DNA of 13,782 bases. Origin: Nitrospirota bacterium (GTDB lineage: Bacteria > Nitrospirota > Thermodesulfovibrionia > Thermodesulfovibrionales > Dissulfurispiraceae). Position 1 is the stretch's first letter. Each line of letters begins with the position of its first letter. This document shows, one piece after another, positions 7,574-13,782 of this stretch. The translations under genes and the position numbers were made by a program. Below the pieces are notes generated by a model that saw only the letters and a program-made list of their open reading frames with translations, ran no database searches and had not been told where the DNA came from. Where the stretch lies: the NCBI GenBank assembly GCA_040758355.1, contig JBFLWF010000046.1, positions 1 to 13,782 on the forward strand, in the 5' to 3' direction.

Positions 7574-8878
7574 CTACAACGTATACCCGCTCTCTCCATG
7601 CTGCGATATGTCAAGACCAACAACCTCTGACTCGTCATCAACCCTCAGCCCTATGGTCTTATCAAGCACCTTCAACATTATTGCTGTCACAATGAATGAG
7701 TATACAACCGTAACCGCAATGGCAATCAACTGAGAAACAAACAGCTTTGGATTCCCGAAGAACAGGCCGTCAGCGCCTGCTGGATTTATGGCCTTCTGTG
7801 CAAAAAGTCCCAAGGCGAGGGTTCCAAGGATTCCTCCGATTCCGTGAACACCGAAGGCGTCGAGGGAGTCGTCATATCCGAGGCGGTTTTTTATGTTCAG
7901 CGATATATAACAAACAGTGCCGGCAGCCAAACCTATAATCAGCGCAGACATGGGGCCTACAAAACCGGAGGCAGGCGTTATTGTTGCGAGTCCTGCAATT
8001 GCGCCTGTGGCAGCGCCGAACATTGTGGGCTTGCCCCTGTGAAGCCACTCGATAATCACCCATATTAAAGTCGCTGCTACTGCAGATATATGGGTGACCA
8101 CAAAGGTCATGGCGCTCAATGCACCGGAGGAAAGGGCACTGCCTGCATTAAATCCAAACCAGCCGAACCACAAAAGTCCAGCACCAAGCACGGTCATTGG
8201 CAGGTTGTGCGGATAAATTGCTTCATGCATATACCCCTTTCTCTTTCCGATGATTATCGCAGCAGCAAGTGCGGATATGCCCGATGTTATATGCACAACA
8301 ATACCTCCTGCAAAATCCAATACGCCCATATTCTTGAGCCATCCGCCGTTGCCCCATATCCAATGGGCAACAGGGTTGTATACTATTGTCGACCACAATA
8401 CAGTAAACAATAAAAATGCAGAAAACTTCATCCTCTCAGCAAAGGCGCCGGTAATCAATGCAGGTGTGATAACGGCAAACATCGCCTGATATATCATGAA
8501 TGCTATATGCGGAACGGTAGGGGCATAATCGGGATTAGGTTCAACACCAACTCCCCTTAATCCAAGCCAGTCAAGGCTTCCTATCATTCCGCTTACATCC
8601 GGGCTAAAGGAGAGGCTGTAGCCAAAGAGTATCCACTGCACGCTGACGACAGCTATGGCAACGAAACTCTGCATTATTGTGCCGAGGACATTCTTTCTCC
8701 TGACCATCCCGCCATAGAACATGGCAAGACCGGGTGTCATGAGCATTACAAGGGCAGCGGACAAAAGGACAAAGGCTGTGTCGCCGGCGTCTATTTTGCC
8801 CTCCGTCTGGGCATACACATTAAACGGGATTGAAAGCATAGCCGCCAAGAGTGACATCAAAAAGACCTTGTTTTTCAT
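7574..8878 (-). CDS. amtB: Ammonium transporter (Amt/AmtB family), third copy in transcription order
   Basis: Signal peptide; LVMLMTPGLAMFYGG, DFAGGIVVH (His1), [18 protein letters not shown] (His2), C-terminal GLD...HGESGY. ATG at 8878 is preferred over TTG at 8884 because AGGAG lies 7 nt upstream. Confidence 0.96.
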   Translation of the reverse strand: MKNKVFLMSLLAAMLSIPFNVYAQTEGKIDAGDTAFVLLSAALVMLMTPGLAMFYGGMVRRKNVLGTIMQSFVAIAVVSVQWILFGYSLSFSPDVSGMIGSLDWLGLRGVGVEPNPDYAPTVPHIAFMIYQAMFAVITPALITGAFAERMKFSAFLLFTVLWSTIVYNPVAHWIWGNGGWLKNMGVLDFAGGIVVHITSGISALAAAIIIGKRKGYMHEAIYPHNLPMTVLGAGLLWFGWFGFNAGSALSSGALSAMTFVVTHISAVAATLIWVIIEWLHRGKPTMFGAATGAIAGLATITPASGFVGPMSALIIGLAAGTVCYISLNIKNRLGYDDSLDAFGVHGIGGILGTLALGLFAQKAINPAGADGLFFGNPKLFVSQLIAIAVTVVYSFIVTAIMLKVLDKTIGLRVDDESEVVGLDISQHGESGYTL

Positions 8879-8926
8879 TTGCAATCTCCTTTATTTACCA
8901 TAATCAGCAGCCCAAACACTTACAGC

Positions 8927-9203
8927 AGCAAAGCAGGCATGAGTGAAAAGCCTTTATCAGCGATACCTCATGTGAAAGTGAAAGTGTAAGTGTATGTCTT
9001 ACATTCACATACACATGCACATTCACATATTGCATTCAGCAGTACAAACAGGCATATAATAATCTCATCGCATTGATAAAGGCTTTGAAGCCGTGCCTGC
9101 TTCGCTTGATTACGATTATGTAATTTACAAAAATACTCGACAGCCGTCAGGCAATGGTATGGTCTCGGAGCGACCATACCATTGCCTGACAGCCATGTCC
9201 AGC
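8927..9203 (-). ncRNA. Putative structured RNA / long 5' leader of amt transcribed from a sigma54 promoter
   Basis: A perfect 19-bp stem (9146-9164/9172-9190) extends to 25 bp with G-U pairs on the minus strand. A ~38-bp imperfect stem (8927-8964/9067-9106) encloses the hexamer hairpin 8970-9028. The structure starts just after the predicted TSS (~9203). Confidence 0.5.
8970..9028. repeat. Inverted hexamer array, same family as 810-882
   Basis: ATGTGAA AGTGAA AGTGTA AGTGTA TGT-CTT-ACA TTCACA TACACA TGCACA TTCACAT. Confidence 0.87.
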
Positions 9204-9213
9204 CTTCAATATA

Positions 9214-9229
9214 AGCCAAAAACATGCCA
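9214..9229 (-). promoter_or_regulatory. sigma54 (-24/-12) promoter upstream of the structured leader and amt
   Basis: Minus strand TGGCATGTTTTTGGCT (GG-N10-GC), followed by TATAT as at 12227-12242. A partial IHF-like AATCAAAGACATC lies at 9235-9247. Confidence 0.78.
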
Positions 9230-9267
9230 GAAAGGATGTCTTTGATTTTAAGCGGAAAGTCAAACAA

Positions 9268-9308
9268 GAAAAAAATGGAAATCCTACAATTTTGTAGGAT
9301 TTCCATTT
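9268..9308 (-). terminator. Long palindrome with U-tract: candidate intrinsic terminator of the glnK operon that also contains a CCTACA-N4-TGTAGG site
   Basis: AAATGGAAATCCTACAA-TT-TTGTAGGATTTCCATTT (9273-9308, perfect 17-bp arms), followed on the minus strand by a T run. About 80 bp downstream of the glnK stop. Confidence 0.6.
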
Positions 9309-9350
9309 CATATCGGCTTTATTATTTTAAAAAACAGGGACTTCTAATTT

Positions 9351-9383
9351 CCTACATTTTTGTAGGAGCTACATTTTTGTAGG
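9351..9383. promoter_or_regulatory. Tandem palindromic enhancer-like sites (C/G)CTACA-N4-TGTAGG
   Basis: CCTACATTTTTGTAGG (9351-9366) and GCTACATTTTTGTAGG (9368-9383). A third copy is at 9283-9298, and the same motif precedes the 12227-12242 promoter. Confidence 0.75.
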
Positions 9384-9387
9384 AAAA

Positions 9388-9818
<431 letters not shown>

Positions 9819-9820
<2 letters not shown>

Positions 9821-11144
9821 ACAGGTTATACGCCTTTTCTCCATGCTGGCTCTCATCAAGCCCTTCTATCTCTTCCTCAACATCGACCCTGAGACCAACA
9901 AAAGCCTTTATTATCATGAAAATTACCGCAGTAACAACAGCCGTATATACAATAGTCACTCCAGCAGCTATGATCTGGGTCCAGAGTTGTCCGGGGTTGC
10001 CGTACAGAAGTCCCTTGCCTGCCTCGTTTATTGATGGGTCTGCGAATATGCCGGTCAGGATCGCACCGAGTGTTCCGGCTACTCCATGTATTCCGAATGC
10101 ATCGAGTGTATCATCATACCCAAGTTTTGGCTTCATCACTGCAACAGATAAGAATGAGACTATACCTGCTGCAATTCCTATGATTAGGGCGCCGGTTATA
10201 TTCACAAAACCAGCTGCAGGTGTTATGGCAACAAGACCGGCAACAGCACCCGATGCAAGACCGAGGACCGTAGGCTTCTTTGAATGCATCCACTCTGTAA
10301 ACATCCATGCAACCGCCGCAACTGCAGTAGCTGTGTTGGTATTGATAAAGGCTGCTCCTGCAAGTCCGTTTGCTGCAAGCGCAGAGCCTGCATTAAACCC
10401 AAACCACCCGAACCAGAGAAGCCCTGCTCCTGTTACTACAAGGGTGAGATTATTAGGGATGAGGGTCATCTCGCGTCTCTTGCCCAAAATTAAAGCTCCT
10501 ACGAGGGCTGCGATACCTGCATTGATATGGACTACAGTACCGCCTGCAAAGTCCAGCGCACCAAGTTTTGCAAGGAATCCGCCTCCCCATACCCAGTGGG
10601 CAACAGGCAGATATGCAAATGTCATCCAAAGCATCGAGAAGATCAACCATGCAGAGAACTTCATCCTTTCTATATATGCGCCGCTTGCAAGGGCAACGGT
10701 AATTGCTGCAAAGGTCAACTGATAAACGATGAATATGTATTCAGGTATCGTCTTTGCTGCATCCGCAATGCTGTTAACACCGACTCCTGCAAGGAGAAGC
10801 TTTGCGGGGCTGCCTATGATTCCAGAGATGTCTGTTCCAAATGCAAAGGTATAGCCGTAGATTACCCATAAAACGCTCACGATACAAAATGTCACAAAGG
10901 ACATTGCAATAGTGTTAAGGGTGTCTTTGCGTTTTGAAAGTCCTCCGTAAAATAGCGCCAGTCCCGGTATTGTCATAAGCATAACAAGGGCAGTTGCCAC
11001 AATCATCCACGCTGTATCCCCTGTATCGATCTTAAGCGGAGCCGGAGCAGCAGGGGCCTGCTCAGCCAACCCCTCTTCTGCAAACGCAAGACCTGCAAAA
11101 CACAGCAAACCAATTATCATCAAAATACTTAATAGCCTTTTCAT
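9819..11144 (-). CDS. amtB: Ammonium transporter (Amt/AmtB family), second copy, divergent from the other two
   Basis: Signal peptide; [59 protein letters not shown]. Confidence 0.96.
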
Positions 11145-11156
11145 AGTTTCCTCCTG

Positions 11157-11975
11157 TTAAAAGCTGAATGTCAGATTTATACCTGTCACAAAGGTATCAT
11201 CCAGCTTTCCGTTATGGTTATATGAGTTTCCATCCACTGTCTTTTTTGCCTTGCTCGAAAGAGGGAACCAGTACTGTGCAACAGGCTGTACCGACAGATT
11301 CTTTGCTATTGGAATTGTGAAACCGGCCTTTACCATACCGTCATGGAATGCACTGTATTTCTTGCCGGTATAATCGCCTGTCGATGATTCGTAAGTCTTC
11401 CAGTAGTCATCGCTGCCCACAAAGTATCCGGCGGATGCGCCGAGGTCAAGGGTTATATCCTTATACACCGTTATCGAATGCGACAGGGAAAGGTTGAAAT
11501 AGGTGCCGGGATATGATGTTATGTCCCTGTACACAGACAGCGTAGGCTTCAAAAATGTGTCATAGCTTGCGCTCACAAACAATTCCTCGGTATCGCCGGG
11601 AGGATTATTATACTTCATGGCGTAGTAGATATAGCCCGCTGTAAGACTGAGCTTATCAATAACATAAGTGTAACTCAATGTCAGGTCTGTCTCGTTAAAG
11701 CTCTTGTGCCCGGCCTTGTCAGGCACAAAGGACTGTGTAGCATGCTCATCACTGTCAATGTTGCTCCATAAGCTGCCTGAAAAACCCTTATAGGAAACAC
11801 TCAAGGCAGGTTGAATGACGATGCTGTGGGAGCCTATCTCGTAGCCTCTGAATATATACCTGTTAAATACACCAACAGATGCACTGCCTGTTACCTTATC
11901 CTCCGCATAAGTACCGGCTGTTGAAAAGCCAAGCACCAGAAACATTGCCAGAACCAGAACCTTTAAACCTTTCAT
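11157..11975 (-). CDS. Putative outer-membrane beta-barrel protein (TorF/TIGR02001-like putative porin)
   Basis: Signal peptide MKGLKVLVLAMFLVLGFSTAGTYA; YIFRG, IQPALSVSY, ETDLTLSY, LTAGYIYY; C-terminal beta-signal VTGINLTFSF. ATG at 11975 has GGAGGTG upstream, so it is preferred over 12011. Confidence 0.75.
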   Translation of the reverse strand: MKGLKVLVLAMFLVLGFSTAGTYAEDKVTGSASVGVFNRYIFRGYEIGSHSIVIQPALSVSYKGFSGSLWSNIDSDEHATQSFVPDKAGHKSFNETDLTLSYTYVIDKLSLTAGYIYYAMKYNNPPGDTEELFVSASYDTFLKPTLSVYRDITSYPGTYFNLSLSHSITVYKDITLDLGASAGYFVGSDDYWKTYESSTGDYTGKKYSAFHDGMVKAGFTIPIAKNLSVQPVAQYWFPLSSKAKKTVDGNSYNHNGKLDDTFVTGINLTFSF

Positions 11976-12017
11976 CACAACACCTCCGAATATTTTTTGT
12001 TTCAAAGTCATGCCTCA

Positions 12018-12209
12018 TTACTCCGTAAGTTGTTTACTGTCTTTATCCTCCTCCCTTCCGATTCCGTATTTTTTGATCTTGTATCCGATCATCCTTTCGG
12101 TTATGCCGAGCTTTCTTGCTGCCCTCGCCATAACCCAATCACATTCCTTGAGGGCGTTGATTATCTCTTCCCTTTCAATCTCTTTTACCCTATCCTTTAA
12201 AGAACCCAT
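12018..12209 (-). CDS. Stand-alone Fis-type (HTH_8) DNA-binding protein resembling the C-terminal domain of NifA-like sigma54 activators
   Basis: 63 aa MGSLKDRVKEIEREEIINALKECDWVMARAARKLGITERMIGYKIKKYGI..., matching the NifA C-terminal pattern ER..I..AL....WV.A.AAR.LG.T.R..GY.I.KY.I. GAGGTG lies 6 nt before ATG 12209. No AAA+ domain upstream. Confidence 0.85.
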   Translation of the reverse strand: MGSLKDRVKEIEREEIINALKECDWVMARAARKLGITERMIGYKIKKYGIGREEDKDSKQLTE

Positions 12210-12226
12210 TGTCTTCACCTCATATA

Positions 12227-12242
12227 AGCCAGAATCGTGCCA
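12227..12242 (-). promoter_or_regulatory. sigma54 (-24/-12) promoter for HTH-porin-amt-glnK
   Basis: Minus strand TGGCACGATTCTGGCT (TGGCACG -24 box, GG-N10-GC). Confidence 0.82.
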
Positions 12243-12247
12243 GCCTG

Positions 12248-12260
12248 CAAGTCATTGATT
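12248..12260 (-). promoter_or_regulatory. IHF-binding site candidate
   Basis: Minus strand AATCAATGACTTG matches WATCAA-N4-TTR exactly and lies between the enhancer sites and the -24 box. Confidence 0.65.
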
Positions 12261-12283
12261 TATAATGGAATCTTGGCAGAAAA

Positions 12284-12320
12284 GTTGCTACATTTTTGTA
12301 TGTTGCTACATTTTTGTATG
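12284..12320. promoter_or_regulatory. Tandem enhancer-like sites GCTACA-N4-TGTATG (perfect 18-bp duplication)
   Basis: GTTGCTACATTTTTGTAT occurs at 12284-12301 and 12302-12319; same core as 9283-9298, 9351-9366 and 9368-9383. Confidence 0.75.
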
Positions 12321-12324
12321 ACTT

Positions 12325-13635
12325 TTATAGCATATAACCGCTTTCTCCATGCTGGGACTGGTCGAGTCCGATAAGCTCCTGCTCCTCATCAACCCTGAGA
12401 CCTACCATCCTGTCAACGATCTTGAGAATAATCAGTGTGGCCACAAAGACAAATACATAGGTCGCGGTTACAGCAATGGCCTGAATGCCGAGAAGGGGCG
12501 GGTTTCCGAAAAATAAACCATTCTTGCCTGCCGGGTTTATTGCTGTCGATGCAAAAAGCCCTGTTGCCAGCGCACCCCATGTTCCTCCAACTCCGTGAAT
12601 ACCGAGGACATCGAGGGAATCATCATAGCCGAGTCTCTGCTTTAGGTTTACAGCTATATAACAGAATACGCCTGCACCTATTCCAATCAGTATTGACGAT
12701 AGAGGGCCGACAAACCCTGCTGCCGGTGTTATGGCAACAAGCCCTGCCACTGCTCCGCTGACTGCGCCGAGGGCAGTTGGTCTGCCCCTCTGAATCCATT
12801 CAACAGCGAGCCAGCTCATTGCAGCAGCGCCAGTAGCGGTATTTGTGGTGACAAATGCAACAGAGGCAAGCCCTCCTGATGTAAGGGCGCTGCCTGCATT
12901 AAATCCGAACCACCCGAACCACAGGAGCGCTGCTCCGAGGATGGTCATTGGTAAGTTATGCGGGGGCATTGCCTCCATTCCATAACCCCGTCTCTTTCCT
13001 ATTACAAATACTGCAGTAATGGCAGCAATGGCTGAATTGATGTGAACAACCGTGCCTCCTGCAAAATCAAGGGCGCCCAGTGTGCCTCCTATCCATCCGC
13101 CTCCCCATACCCAGTGGGCCAATGGAGAATAGACAAATGTGAGCCAGAGGACTGAAAAGAGGATTAATGCAGAAAACTTCATTCTCTCGGCAAATGCCCC
13201 TGTAATAAGGGCAGGTGTGATGATGGCAAACATCCCCTGAAACATCATGAAGATGAGATGCGGGATTGTGGGCGCAAGAGGCGCTGACTCCTGACCAACA
13301 CCCTTAAGACCGAGCCATTCAAGACCGCCGATAATGCCCCATTTGTCAGGGCCGAATGCAAGGGTATATCCCCAGAGAACCCATATAACACTTACAATGC
13401 AAAGGATGGCAAAGCTCTGCATGATTGTGCCGAGGACATTTTTCCTCCTGACCATACCGCCATAAAAGAAGGCAAGCCCGGGGGTCATGAGCATAACAAG
13501 GGCTGTTGAGATAAGCATCCATGCAGTATCACCCGTATCTATCTTCTGCGGAGCCGGCGCTGTTTGCACCTCGGCAAAAGAGACTCCATTCAATGCTAAA
13601 AGACATAATAAAATCATTATTCCTAATCGTTTCAT
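12325..13635 (-). CDS. amtB: Ammonium transporter (Amt/AmtB family), first copy in transcription order
   Basis: Signal peptide; LVMLMTPGLAFFYGG, FQGMF Phe gate, [46 protein letters not shown]. Confidence 0.96.
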   Translation of the reverse strand: MKRLGIMILLCLLALNGVSFAEVQTAPAPQKIDTGDTAWMLISTALVMLMTPGLAFFYGGMVRRKNVLGTIMQSFAILCIVSVIWVLWGYTLAFGPDKWGIIGGLEWLGLKGVGQESAPLAPTIPHLIFMMFQGMFAIITPALITGAFAERMKFSALILFSVLWLTFVYSPLAHWVWGGGWIGGTLGALDFAGGTVVHINSAIAAITAVFVIGKRRGYGMEAMPPHNLPMTILGAALLWFGWFGFNAGSALTSGGLASVAFVTTNTATGAAAMSWLAVEWIQRGRPTALGAVSGAVAGLVAITPAAGFVGPLSSILIGIGAGVFCYIAVNLKQRLGYDDSLDVLGIHGVGGTWGALATGLFASTAINPAGKNGLFFGNPPLLGIQAIAVTATYVFVFVATLIILKIVDRMVGLRVDEEQELIGLDQSQHGESGYML

Positions 13636-13782
13636 TTTGTTACCTCCATTAATCCTTTTAGCCTGTTCAACAACTCGCTAAGCCTTGAAAATCAAGGTTC
13701 TGCGAGTATATTCTGATTTTCTTTTACCGCAAATCCTGTTAAAATATCTCATCTTAATTCCATATGGAGGCCTTTAGATGAG

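Noticed and set aside
8927..9106. 180-nt rod as 6S RNA or a known glutamine riboswitch
   Set aside because: Length is suggestive, but I see no 6S-type central bubble or glnA-motif consensus. Left as an unknown structured RNA pending an Rfam search.
8968..9306. Minus-strand 112-aa ORF in the glnK-amt gap
   Set aside because: Starts inside a palindrome, runs through a sigma54 promoter and hairpins, ends in translated hexamer repeats (CACVCEC..TYTYTFTFT), and has no SD or recognisable domain.
9351..9383. Classical NifA UAS (TGT-N10-ACA)
   Set aside because: Spacing between adjacent TGT and ACA is 7 nt here and 8 nt at 12297-12310; the conserved unit is ACA-N4-TGT instead.
9916..10722. Plus-strand 268-aa ORF and the other antisense ORFs over amt, glnA, MCP and DGC
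   Set aside because: Shadow frames of well-supported genes, with no motifs or SD.
12018..12218. nifA pseudogene
   Set aside because: No AAA+/GAFTGA remnant upstream; the ORF has its own SD and start and lies right under a promoter. Not fully excluded without comparative data.
13659..13782. Possible IS end (TAGCCTGTTCAACAACTC) and small hairpins upstream of the first amt
   Set aside because: No partner inverted repeat or transposase is visible within the window, and no GG-N10-GC promoter is found here; cannot be supported.

Overview
Bacterial window; a Nitrospirota/Thermodesulfovibrionia-like or deltaproteobacterial host is my impression only. It begins with the right end of an ISL3-family IS. 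A plus-strand signalling operon follows: cheW, a PilJ/NarX-HAMP-MA-CZB chemoreceptor, and a membrane GGEEF diguanylate cyclase with a Cys-rich insert. This converges on a large minus-strand ammonium-scavenging cluster: amt, a small stand-alone NifA-like HTH protein, a putative outer-membrane porin, amt, glnK, a ~320-nt structured leader, amt, a class I glutamine amidotransferase, glnB and glnA. The non-coding DNA is the richest part. (i) Three sigma54 promoters use two different upstream motifs, CTACA-N4-TGTAG and NtrC-like TGC-N11-GCA. (ii) A 63-aa HTH-only protein sits directly under one of these promoters and may be a feedback competitor of the activator. (iii) A highly structured RNA leader precedes one amt. 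(iv) One sigma54 transcript appears leaderless. (v) Seven intergenic inverted arrays of 6-9-nt tandem repeats are present; one is interrupted by a nested MITE with a clear target duplication and one abuts the ISL3 end. All assignments are by eye, with no database searches.
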